Shown: positions 42,082 to 50,383 of the stretch, piece by piece
Position numbering within the stretch: the first letter of the stretch is position 1
Layout: each line of letters begins with the position of its first letter
Assembly: GCA_023130975.1 (NCBI GenBank)
Contig: JAGMAD010000003.1
Coordinates: forward strand, 65,109 to 129,108
Direction: 5' to 3'
Length of the DNA stretch: 64,000 bases
DNA from: Candidatus Parcubacteria bacterium
GTDB taxonomy: Bacteria > Patescibacteriota > Minisyncoccia > Minisyncoccales > JAGMDC01
Position numbers and translations under genes: made by a program
Notes under the pieces: generated by a model
What the model was told of the DNA's origin: nothing
Seen by the model: only the letters and a program-made list of their open reading frames with translations
Databases searched by the model: none

Positions 42082-43785
42082 ATGTTTGAAAATATTTTAG
42101 AAAAAGAAAACAAAAAAGTTTTCCTTTTAGGAAACGAGGCAATAGTAAGAGGCGCTTTGGAAGCAGGCGTCCAGTTTGTTTCTACTTATCCCGGGACACC
42201 GGCTTCAGAAATAGGGAATAGCTTTTATGAAATTCAAAATTCAAATCCGCCAGCTGGCGGAAAAATTAAAAGCTTTTATTTTGAATTTTCTGTGAATGAA
42301 AAAGTGGCGATAGAAGCAGCAGGAGGTGCTTCTTTTTCTGGTTTACGTTCTTTGGTAGCTATGAAAAATTTTGGTTTGAATGTTGCTTCTGATTTTTTAC
42401 TTCCTCTGGTTTATTCCGGTGTTAAAGGAGGAATGGTCATCCTGTCAGCAGATGATCCTTCCTGTCATAGTTCAGCTCAGTCCGAAGAGAATACTCGGGC
42501 TTTTGCTTCTTTAGCGCATATTCCTATTCTTGAGCCATCAACACCGCAGGAATGTAAGGACTTTGTAAAATTTGCTTTTGATTTGTCTGAAAAATTCCAA
42601 ATTCCAGTAATGATTCGGGAAACCACCCGAGTAGCCCACCAAAGCGCTCCAGTAAAATTATCTAATATCCAATATCTAAAATCTAATATCCAGTTTATTA
42701 AAGACCATAAGAAGTTTGTGACAATGCCGCCAAGAGTTTTGGAAATGCACCAAGAGCTGTTGGAGAAGATTGAAAAAATCAGAGATTTTTCCGAGATAAG
42801 TAAATTAAATTCAATATTTAGAAGTCGGACTTCCGCTGGAAGTCCGACTTCTCGTAAATTAGGTATTATTACTTCAGGTGTGTCTTATCTCTATGTAATG
42901 GAAGCTTTAAAAGAATTAAATTTAGATATCCCGGTTTTGAAATTGGGCTTTTTTTATCCTTTACCAGAAGAAAAAATTAAGAAGTTTATTAATCCGCCAA
43001 CTGGCGCATTAAAAAAAGTCCTGATAGTAGAAGAATTAGAACCCTATTTAGAAAATGAAGTAATGAGATTAGCAAAAGAAGTTAACTGTAAATTAAAAAT
43101 CGTGGGCAAGGAGTTAATCCCAGAAGTTGGTGAATTAAAACCAGAAATTGTAACTTCGGCTATCGCCAAATTCACAAATAAAAAACATCCAACATTAAAC
43201 ATCCAACATCCAACATCTATTCCAAAACGTCATCCACAGCTTTGCCCTGGTTGTCCTTATTGGTTTGTTTTTAACGGTGTAAAGAAAGCCACTAAAGATA
43301 TGGATATTATTTTCGGCGGTGATATTGGCTGTTATATGTTAGCCGGATTTTCTCCTCATAATATTCAGGATTATCTTTATTGTATGGGTTCTTCAATTGG
43401 TATCGCCCATGGAATTAAGAAAGCTGCTCCGCCGGATGGCGGACAAAAACTTATTACTTTTATTGGTGATTCAACTTTTTTTCATTCTGGCATTCCAGCT
43501 TTAATTAATACTGTTTTTAACAAGTCAAATCCATTAATAATTATTATGAATAATTCCACTACTGCTATGACTGGCCATCAACCTCATCCGTCTGCACCAG
43601 CTGAACCTGACGGAATAGAGATTGAAAGTATTGTTAAGGCCTGTGGGGTCAAGAATTTAAGAACGATTGACCCAGCCAAGCAGGAAGAATTTGTAAAAAC
43701 AATCAAGGAGTTTTTAAAGAAAGATGAAGTTTCAGTAATCATTGCTCGCCATCCCTGCATATTTGTGAAAAAACAAAAAGGTTAA
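42082..43785 (+). CDS. iorA: Indolepyruvate:ferredoxin oxidoreductase alpha subunit (no C-terminal ferredoxin domain visible)
   Basis: LLGNEAIVRGALEAGVQFVSTYPGTPASEI and the TPP region CPGCPYW..GDIGCY..GDSTFFHSG. Confidence 0.85.
   Translation: MFENILEKENKKVFLLGNEAIVRGALEAGVQFVSTYPGTPASEIGNSFYEIQNSNPPAGGKIKSFYFEFSVNEKVAIEAAGGASFSGLRSLVAMKNFGLNVASDFLLPLVYSGVKGGMVILSADDPSCHSSAQSEENTRAFASLAHIPILEPSTPQECKDFVKFAFDLSEKFQIPVMIRETTRVAHQSAPVKLSNIQYLKSNIQFIKDHKKFVTMPPRVLEMHQELLEKIEKIRDFSEISKLNSIFRSRTSAGSPTSRKLGIITSGVSYLYVMEALKELNLDIPVLKLGFFYPLPEEKIKKFINPPTGALKKVLIVEELEPYLENEVMRLAKEVNCKLKIVGKELIPEVGELKPEIVTSAIAKFTNKKHPTLNIQHPTSIPKRHPQLCPGCPYWFVFNGVKKATKDMDIIFGGDIGCYMLAGFSPHNIQDYLYCMGSSIGIAHGIKKAAPPDGGQKLITFIGDSTFFHSGIPALINTVFNKSNPLIIIMNNSTTAMTGHQPHPSAPAEPDGIEIESIVKACGVKNLRTIDPAKQEEFVKTIKEFLKKDEVSVIIARHPCIFVKKQKG
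42246..42261. repeat. TCCGCCAGCTGGCGGA palindrome, copy in iorA
   Basis: AAATCCGCCAGCTGGCGGAAAAA, read as N P P A G G K. Degenerate relatives lie at 42991-43006 and 43428-43445. Confidence 0.8.
42661..42692 (+). repeat. In-frame TCTAATATCC oligo-repeat in iorA
   Basis: TCTAATATCCAATATCTAAAATCTAATATCCA, encoding SNIQYLKSNIQ. Confidence 0.75.
42820..42852. repeat. GAAGTCGGAYTTCC hairpin family, copy in iorA (in frame, shifted register)
   Basis: AGAAGTCGGACTTCC-GCT-GGAAGTCCGACTTCT with perfect 15-bp arms, encoding RSRTSAGSPTS. Confidence 0.9.
43185..43218 (+). repeat. In-frame CATCCAA/CAACAT oligo-repeat in iorA
   Basis: ACATCCAACATTAAACATCCAACATCCAACATCT, encoding HPTLNIQHPTS. Related to the CAACAT repeats in the 41447-41475 intergenic region. 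Confidence 0.8.
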
Positions 43786-43793
43786 AATTTTAG

Positions 43794-43826
43794 GGAAGTC
43801 GGATTTCCAAAGGAAATCTGACTTCC
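43794..43826. repeat. GAAGTCGGAYTTCC hairpin family, intergenic copy (iorA-iorB spacer)
   Basis: GGAAGTCGGATTTCC-AAA-GGAAATCTGACTTCC, with one G-T pair. Confidence 0.85.
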
Positions 43827-43833
43827 AAGCATT

Positions 43834-44424
43834 ATGACAAACAAAAAAGAATTTAACATAGTGATTGTTGGCACTGGGGGACAGGGTTTGATTACCCTGC
43901 TACAGATTTTAGCTGAAGCGGCTTTAATAGAAGGTTATGATATAAAAACCTCGGAACTTCATGGTTTGTCTCAAAGAGGAGGTTCAGTAGAGGTTCATAT
44001 TAGATTTGGCCAGGAGATATTTTCGCCTTTGGTTGCTCAAGGAAGAGCTGATTTAATTTTGGCATTAGAAATACAAGAATCCCTGAAAGGAATTTATTTT
44101 AGCAATCCTAAAACATTTTTTTTAATAAACAAATTTTTTGTTCCAATTTTAGGAGAAAAATTATTAGAAGAAAGTGATATTTTAAAAGAGCTTAAAAAAA
44201 ACAGCAAGAATATAGTTTTAATTCCAGCAGCTGATATTTGTCAAAAAGAGCTTGGCAAAAATGTAGTAGCAGGCGTTTATTTACTGAGTTATGCTTCTCA
44301 CAAGAAAATTATTCCCTTAAAGCCAAATTCTATTTTAAAAGCAATGGAAAAAGTAGTTCCGAAAAAATATTTTGCCTTAAATAAAAAAACTTTTGAATTA
44401 GCTAAAAAATATGGCAAAGATTGA
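43834..44424 (+). CDS. iorB: Indolepyruvate:ferredoxin oxidoreductase beta subunit
   Basis: IVIVGTGGQGLITL..SELHGLSQRGGSVEVHIRFG. Confidence 0.85.
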   Translation: MTNKKEFNIVIVGTGGQGLITLLQILAEAALIEGYDIKTSELHGLSQRGGSVEVHIRFGQEIFSPLVAQGRADLILALEIQESLKGIYFSNPKTFFLINKFFVPILGEKLLEESDILKELKKNSKNIVLIPAADICQKELGKNVVAGVYLLSYASHKKIIPLKPNSILKAMEKVVPKKYFALNKKTFELAKKYGKD

Positions 44425-45751
44425 TCCATATATTTTTAGGGCTTACGACATCAGGGGAATTTATCCTACTCGAATAAATGAGGAATTTGCTTATAAGCTT
44501 GGTAAATCCTTTGCAACCCTTAACCCAGGAAAAATTGTGGTTGGCAGAGATTGTAGAATTGGAGGAGAATCTCTAAAAAAGGAATTAGTTAAAGGATTGA
44601 CTGAAAGTGGCGCTGAAGTAATTGATATTGGAATTATTCCTACTCCATTAGTGATCTTTTCAATCGGTTATTACAATTTTGATGGAGGGATTTCTATTAC
44701 TGCCAGCCATAATCCAAAAGAATATCAAGGTTTTTTACTTTATAATAAAGAAGGCGTAGGAATTGGGAAAGAAAACGGATTAGAAGAAATCAAAGAATTA
44801 ATTCACTCTGAAAAATTTAAAGAAGGCAGAGGTCTTGTCAAGGAAAAAACTGTTTTAGAGGATTATATCAATTTTATATCTAAGAAAATCACTTTAAGAG
44901 AAACAAATAAAAAAATTGTTATTGATTGCGGTAATGGTGTAATTTCTACTGTTTTATTTGGGTTGTTAGATGGATTTAATATAAAATATTATCCTTTATT
45001 TTGTGAATTAGATGGAAATTTTCCTAATAGAGAACCTGAGCCGAAAAAGGACAACTTGCAGGACTTACAAAAAAAGGTGATTGCCCAAAAAGCAGATTGT
45101 GGTTTTGCCTATGACGCAGACGCTGACAGGATTGTTGCTGTAGATGAGAATGGAAAAATCCTTAATCCCGCACAATTATTCAGTATCTTAATTAAAAGTT
45201 ATTTAGAAAATAAAAAAGAAAAGGTTATTCATGATTCTTTAAGTTCAAGCGCAATAGATGAAATAATTAAATATTATAAAGGATTGCCTATTGGCTGTAG
45301 AGTGGGACATGTTTTTATTCAGAAAAAACTTTTAGAATCTAATGCAGTAATAGGGGGAGAAATTTCTGGCCACTATTTTTTTAGAGAAATTTTTGGTGCA
45401 GATGACGCTGCTTTTGCAACCTTGAAAGTTTTAGAATATTTAGAAAAGAAAAAAATAAAATTATCAGAAGCATATAAAGATGTTCCAAACTATTATTTTA
45501 ATTCTATGAGGGTTAAGACAAGAGAAAAAGATAAATTTAAGTTTATAGAAGATTTAACGTCTAAGTTTAAAAAAAAATATAAATTAGATTGTTTAGATGG
45601 GGTGAAAATAATTCTTAAGGATTCTTGGGCATTATTTAGAGCATCTAATACAGACCCTAAAATTTCTATTGCCTATGAATCAAAAACAAAACAAGAATTT
45701 AAAAAATTAGAAAAATTTGTTTATAAAATTGTAAAAAGAATTCCTAAATAA
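44411..45751 (+). CDS. Phosphomannomutase/phosphoglucosamine mutase family enzyme
   Basis: Active-site loop TASHNPKEYQGF, metal loop FAYDADADR, and GGEISGHYFF. Confidence 0.88.
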   Translation: MAKIDPYIFRAYDIRGIYPTRINEEFAYKLGKSFATLNPGKIVVGRDCRIGGESLKKELVKGLTESGAEVIDIGIIPTPLVIFSIGYYNFDGGISITASHNPKEYQGFLLYNKEGVGIGKENGLEEIKELIHSEKFKEGRGLVKEKTVLEDYINFISKKITLRETNKKIVIDCGNGVISTVLFGLLDGFNIKYYPLFCELDGNFPNREPEPKKDNLQDLQKKVIAQKADCGFAYDADADRIVAVDENGKILNPAQLFSILIKSYLENKKEKVIHDSLSSSAIDEIIKYYKGLPIGCRVGHVFIQKKLLESNAVIGGEISGHYFFREIFGADDAAFATLKVLEYLEKKKIKLSEAYKDVPNYYFNSMRVKTREKDKFKFIEDLTSKFKKKYKLDCLDGVKIILKDSWALFRASNTDPKISIAYESKTKQEFKKLEKFVYKIVKRIPK

Positions 45752-45787
45752 GTAATTTAAATGGCTTTAAAAAATAAAATTTCTCAA

Positions 45788-45856
45788 GCCCCGTTAGAAA
45801 TTTTCAATAGCGGAGCATTTCAAAAATACATATGAATCAAAAATTTCTAACGGGGC
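45788..45856. repeat. 17-bp perfect inverted repeat enclosing the start codon of the GlmU-like gene
   Basis: GCCCCGTTAGAAATTTT (45788-45804) and AAAATTTCTAACGGGGC (45840-45856). The ATG at 45832 lies in the 35-nt loop. Confidence 0.85.
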
Positions 45857-46989
45857 AAGCAATAATTTTAGCTGCTGGTAAGGGAACAAGGATTGAGCCA
45901 CTTACCTTGACCAAGCCAAAACCTCTTTTGAGGATTTGCGGCAGAACTATTCTTGAACATAATTTAGAGCAATTAGATGGATTAGTAAAAGAAGTGATTT
46001 TGGTCATCGGATATAAAGGAGAGATGATAAAAAAACTTATTGGCAGTGATTATAAAAGTTTGAAAATAAAATATGTCTGGCAAAAAAATGCCTTAGGAAC
46101 CGGAGATGCTGCTAAAAAAGTTGTTTCTCTATTAAAAGACAAATTTTTACTTTTATACGGTGATGATTTATATAACAAAGAAGATATTAAAAAATGCTTA
46201 AAAAAATTTCCTTCTATTTCATTAAAAAAAGTAAAAGAACCGTCGGCTTTTGGCCAGGTATTAATAAAAAAAAATTTAGTTAAGGAATTAAAGGAAAAAC
46301 CAAAGAAAAACATAAGTAATTTAGTTAATACCGGAGTTTATTTTTTGGATAAAAACATTTTTCATTTTAAAATAAAAAAATCGTCTCGCAACGAATACGA
46401 ATTTACTGATTTTATTAAAGAATTTATCAAAAAAGAAAGGCTATATTTTTCTTTGGCTGAAGGATGGATTCCTTTGCCCTATGCTTGGAATCTTCTTGAT
46501 GCAAATGAGTATTTATTAAAAACGACAAAAAAGAATGTAATAATAGAAAAAGGGAGCATAATAAAGAGCGGAACCTATATTGAAGGACCTGTTTATATTG
46601 GTAGGAATTGTCAAATTGGGCCGAATTGTTATTTAAGAAAATATACTTCTATTGGAGACGATTGCCATATTGGTCAGGCAGTAGAAATAAAAAACTCTAT
46701 TATTGGAGAAAATACAAAAATTGCTCATTTGAGTTATGTTGCTGATTCTATCATTGGAGATAATTGTAATTTTGGGGCTGGTACAATTACGGCCAATCTA
46801 AGGCATGATTATGATAATGTAAAAACAATGGTTAAAGGAAAATTAATAGATACTAAAAGAAGAAAATTCGGTACTATTTTCGGTGATAATGTTAAGACAG
46901 GAGTAGGGACTTTAATTTATCCGGGTAGAAAAATTTGGTCTGGAAAATTTACCAGACCCGGAGAAATAATTAAAAAAGATATAATATGA
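45832..46989 (+). CDS. Sugar-1-phosphate nucleotidyltransferase with left-handed beta-helix acetyltransferase domain (GlmU-like)
   Basis: N-terminal AIILAAGKGTRIEPLT..KPKPLL. The C-terminal region has hexapeptide repeats (IGDDCHIG, IIGENTKI, IIGDNCNFG). Confidence 0.85.
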   Translation: MNQKFLTGQAIILAAGKGTRIEPLTLTKPKPLLRICGRTILEHNLEQLDGLVKEVILVIGYKGEMIKKLIGSDYKSLKIKYVWQKNALGTGDAAKKVVSLLKDKFLLLYGDDLYNKEDIKKCLKKFPSISLKKVKEPSAFGQVLIKKNLVKELKEKPKKNISNLVNTGVYFLDKNIFHFKIKKSSRNEYEFTDFIKEFIKKERLYFSLAEGWIPLPYAWNLLDANEYLLKTTKKNVIIEKGSIIKSGTYIEGPVYIGRNCQIGPNCYLRKYTSIGDDCHIGQAVEIKNSIIGENTKIAHLSYVADSIIGDNCNFGAGTITANLRHDYDNVKTMVKGKLIDTKRRKFGTIFGDNVKTGVGTLIYPGRKIWSGKFTRPGEIIKKDII

Positions 46990-47921
46990 ATCAAAAACAA
47001 TACGATTTAATAATAATTGGCGGGGGACCGGCAGGGATGGCAGCAGGAATTTATGGGGCAAGAGAAAATCTTGATATTCTTTTAATTACTAAAGATTTTG
47101 GCGGACAGATTAAAAGAAAATCAATAGAAATTGAGAATTATCCTGGATTTAAGAAAATTTCCGGTCAAAAATTAATTCAGAGATTTGAGAGTCATTTAAA
47201 GAAATTTAAAATACCAACCATCATAAATAAAGTAGTAAAAATCAAAAAACAAGGAAAGATTTTTTCTGTTTTAACTGAAAACAAACAACAATTTAAATCG
47301 TATTCAATTATTATTGCTTCTGGGGCTGATCCAAGGCCATTAGAAGTTAAAGGAGAAAAAGAATTAATAGGCCGCGGTGTCAGTTACTGCGTGACCTGCG
47401 ATGGACCATTATATAAAAACAAAACAGTAGCTGTTATTGGTGGAGGCAATGCTGGTTTTGAGGCAGCCATTTTTTTAAGCAGGATTGCGGAAAAGATTTA
47501 TATTTTAGAATATGGTTCAGAGGTAAAGACTGACGAAATTAATCAAAAGAGAGCCAAAAGAGCTAAAAATATTGAAGTTATCACCAATGCCGGATTAAAA
47601 GAGATAAAAGGGAAAAATTTTGTGGAATCAATAACTTATGAAGATAATAAAACAAAAGATTTAGAAACTTTAAAGGTAAATGGTGTTTTTATTGAAATCG
47701 GAACCATCCCAGCCACTGGTTTTGTAAAGGGATTAGTGGAGTTTAATAAAATAGATGAAATAATTATTGATGCCAAAACAGGAGAAACAAAAATTCCTGG
47801 CCTTTTTGCTGCTGGTGATATTACTGATGAAAACTATAAACAGATTGTTATTGCTGCTGGCCAAGGAGCAAAAGCTGTCTTATCAGCTTCGCGATATTTA
47901 CAAAAATTAAAAGATAATTAG
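46986..47921 (+). CDS. trxB: Thioredoxin-disulfide reductase
   Basis: GGGPAGMAAGIY FAD motif, redox CVTCDG, GGGNAGFEAA NADPH motif, and GLFAAGD. Confidence 0.93.
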   Translation: MNQKQYDLIIIGGGPAGMAAGIYGARENLDILLITKDFGGQIKRKSIEIENYPGFKKISGQKLIQRFESHLKKFKIPTIINKVVKIKKQGKIFSVLTENKQQFKSYSIIIASGADPRPLEVKGEKELIGRGVSYCVTCDGPLYKNKTVAVIGGGNAGFEAAIFLSRIAEKIYILEYGSEVKTDEINQKRAKRAKNIEVITNAGLKEIKGKNFVESITYEDNKTKDLETLKVNGVFIEIGTIPATGFVKGLVEFNKIDEIIIDAKTGETKIPGLFAAGDITDENYKQIVIAAGQGAKAVLSASRYLQKLKDN

Positions 47922-47967
47922 AAAGGTCGTAAATAAAATTTTAAAAAATTATATTTAAAATAAAAAT

Positions 47968-48234
47968 ATGAAGGTTTTAAAAATCGGTGAAAAAGGATGC
48001 GAGGATTGTGAAACAATGGTGCCACGTTGGCAAGAAATTGAAAAAGAATATCCTTGGTTAAAAACAGAATACATTGAAAGAGATGAACATCCAGAGATTG
48101 TGGAAAAATACAATCTTTTAGCTATTCCCAGTTTTATCTTCCTTAATAAAAATGGCGAGGAGATTTTAAGATTTTCCAAGATAGTAGAAAAGGATGTTTT
48201 GATAAAGGCAATTTTGGAAAACAAGGACAGATAA
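47968..48234 (+). CDS. Small thioredoxin-fold protein (CEDC motif)
   Basis: 88 aa with a CxxC motif near the N-terminus and ..AIPSFIF.. as the cis-Pro region. Preferred over the antisense ORF 47955..48224 on operon context. Confidence 0.65.
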   Translation: MKVLKIGEKGCEDCETMVPRWQEIEKEYPWLKTEYIERDEHPEIVEKYNLLAIPSFIFLNKNGEEILRFSKIVEKDVLIKAILENKDR

Positions 48235-48236
48235 AA

Positions 48237-48689
48237 ATGACAAAAAATATCATTATTATATTTTGTTTTGGGATTGTAATTATCGCCATTGTTGCTGGTT
48301 ATTTAGTTTACGCAAACCAAAATCCAAGCCCAAGCCCGGCTCCTAATCAAAACAAAGTTAATTTAGAACTCCTTGTTTTAGATAGGGAAGGAAGGATATC
48401 CTTAGATGCTTGTTCGGAACGAGGACTTTCTAATAAAATTATACTTTTAGAATCAAAACATTGCAGAGCTTGTAAGGTTGTTGTTCCGAGATTACAAGAA
48501 ATTGAAAGAGAATTAGGGCCGGAAATTATTTATTTAGATTTATCTAAAGAAGAGGATCGAAATAGGGCTAAAGAATTTAAAATTTGGCCTAAATGGACGC
48601 CTACTGTTTTAATAGGTTGTGATGTTCTTATTGGCGCTTATTCTAAAGAAAAATATAAAGAGGTAATAGAAAATTTTTTAAGTCATTGA
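48237..48689 (+). CDS. Membrane-anchored thioredoxin-fold protein (CRAC motif)
   Basis: N-terminal TM helix followed by a Trx-like domain with HCRACKVVVP. Confidence 0.65.
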   Translation: MTKNIIIIFCFGIVIIAIVAGYLVYANQNPSPSPAPNQNKVNLELLVLDREGRISLDACSERGLSNKIILLESKHCRACKVVVPRLQEIERELGPEIIYLDLSKEEDRNRAKEFKIWPKWTPTVLIGCDVLIGAYSKEKYKEVIENFLSH

Positions 48690-48699
48690 AAATTAAACT

Positions 48700-49530
48700 A
48701 TGGAAAACAAAAAAATTATTATTGCTGTTTTGATTATTATAGGACTGATAGGTCTTTTTTTCTTAGCTAAAGAGGCCTCGCCAGAAAGCTTTAGAGAGCT
48801 CGGTTTAAGTTTATCTTTGCCCTGGTTTACTTTTATTATTGCTATTATTGATGGTTTTAATCCCTGTACTTTATGGGTTTTGACTTTTTTACTTGTTTTA
48901 CTAATTTCTGTATCTGAAAGCAGAAAAAGGATATTTATTGTTGGTTTAACTTTTGTAGCAGTTATTTTTATTGTTTATCTTATGTTTATGGCTGCCTGGT
49001 TAAACGTATTTCGTTATATAGGATTTATTGATCCATTAAGAATAATGATTGCCAGCGTAGCTTTGATTGCTGGAGCGATTAATTGTAAGGAATTCTTTGC
49101 TTTTAGAAAAGGTATAACCTTAATGATACAAGAAAAACATAAACCCCTTTTAATGCAAAAGATAGAAAAAATGAAAGAGGTTATAAAATACGGCTCTTTG
49201 CCGGGCTTAATCACAGCTTCTGTTGTCCTGGCTCTATTTTCTTCTTTAGTGGAACTGCCCTGTACTGCTGGCTGGCCTATAATTTATACTGGTGTATTAT
49301 CAGCAAAGGTCTTTGAAGGAACTATTTCCTATTATATTTATTTATTATTTTATAACCTTATTTACATCATACCTCTTAGCGCAGTGATATTATTGTTCGG
49401 CTGGTTTTTTAAAGGAAAGAAAATTACAAAAACACAGACGCAGGCAATAAAACTTATTGGCGGAGTAATAATGATTGCCTTGGGAATAATTTTATTAGTC
49501 AATCCAGAATTATTGATGTTGATGGAGTAA
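48700..49530 (+). CDS. CcdA/DsbD-like thiol-disulfide transmembrane electron carrier
   Basis: Polytopic membrane protein with two intramembrane Cys motifs (GFNPCTLWV, LVELPCTAGWP). Confidence 0.65.
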   Translation: MENKKIIIAVLIIIGLIGLFFLAKEASPESFRELGLSLSLPWFTFIIAIIDGFNPCTLWVLTFLLVLLISVSESRKRIFIVGLTFVAVIFIVYLMFMAAWLNVFRYIGFIDPLRIMIASVALIAGAINCKEFFAFRKGITLMIQEKHKPLLMQKIEKMKEVIKYGSLPGLITASVVLALFSSLVELPCTAGWPIIYTGVLSAKVFEGTISYYIYLLFYNLIYIIPLSAVILLFGWFFKGKKITKTQTQAIKLIGGVIMIALGIILLVNPELLMLME

Positions 49531-49534
49531 AATG

Positions 49535-49660
49535 AACTACCCCGCCCTAAAGGGCGAGGTATCCCTGCCTGCCTGCCGGCAGGCAGGCCTTCAGGCGAGT
49601 TCTTTCAGCGGCTTTCATTTCCGCCGCAAGCGGCGGGATATTGCTGCCGCCGAAATAAAC
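49535..49660. repeat. GC-rich cluster of three or more palindromes (REP/BIME-like) between the CcdA-like gene and sufC
   Basis: CCCCGCCC-TAAA-GGGCGAGG, CCTGCCTGCC|GGCAGGCAGG, and TCCGCCGC-AA-GCGGCGGGA with an alternative partner GCTGCCGCCG. There is a strong local GC contrast. Confidence 0.8.
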
Positions 49661-49666
49661 TATATT

Positions 49667-50383
49667 ATGCTTTTAGAAATTAAAAATTTAAAAGTAGGCG
49701 TAAAAGGAAAAGAGATATTGAAATACATTAATTTAAATATAAAAAAGGGGGAGATACAAGCTCTTCTTGGTCCCAATGCCAGTGGGAAATCCACCCTTGC
49801 CCAAGTTATTTTGGGCAATCCAAAATATAAAATTACTGAAGGCAGTATTTTTTTTAATAAAAAAAATATTACCAAACTTTCTCCAGACAAACGAGTTAAA
49901 CTAGGAATTGCTTTGAGTTGGCAAAATCCACCAGTCATAAAAGGAGTCAAACTATCTCAATTATTAAAAGAAATTTCAATGTTTAGAGGTTCGGCCTCTA
50001 AACATTTTAACTATGAGAAACAACTATTAGAGAGAGAGGTAAATGTAGATTTTTCCGGCGGAGAGAAAAAAATGTCAGAATTATTACAGGTTTTAACCCT
50101 TGAACCTAAACTGGTAATTTTTGATGAGATTGATTCTGGTTTGGATTTAAAACGGCTGGGAGAAGTATCAGAGATAATAAAAAAAGAACTGCTCGCTAAA
50201 AAAGTTTCAATTTTATTAATTACTCACTCTGGAGAGATTTTAAAATTCTTAAAACCGAATATTACTAATGTAATGGTCGCTGGAAAAATTATTTGTAAAG
50301 AAAAAGATTATAAAAAGGTTTTAAAAACCATTAAAAAATATGGCTATGAAAAATGTAAAAAATGTCGCAGACCGAGCATATAA
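49667..50383 (+). CDS. sufC: Fe-S cluster assembly ATPase SufC
   Basis: MLLEIKNLKV.., GPNASGKSTLAQVILGNPKY, FSGGEKKMSE and FDEIDSGLD. The 45 upstream in-frame codons (from 49532) lie in a GC-rich palindrome cluster and are unlikely to be coding. Confidence 0.88.
   Translation: MLLEIKNLKVGVKGKEILKYINLNIKKGEIQALLGPNASGKSTLAQVILGNPKYKITEGSIFFNKKNITKLSPDKRVKLGIALSWQNPPVIKGVKLSQLLKEISMFRGSASKHFNYEKQLLEREVNVDFSGGEKKMSELLQVLTLEPKLVIFDEIDSGLDLKRLGEVSEIIKKELLAKKVSILLITHSGEILKFLKPNITNVMVAGKIICKEKDYKKVLKTIKKYGYEKCKKCRRPSI

Noticed and set aside
49532-49666. 45-codon N-terminal extension of SufC (MNYPALKGEV...)
   Set aside because: The sequence is a stack of GC-rich palindromes with no SufC homology. 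Canonical SufC begins at MLLEIKNLKV (ATG 49667).
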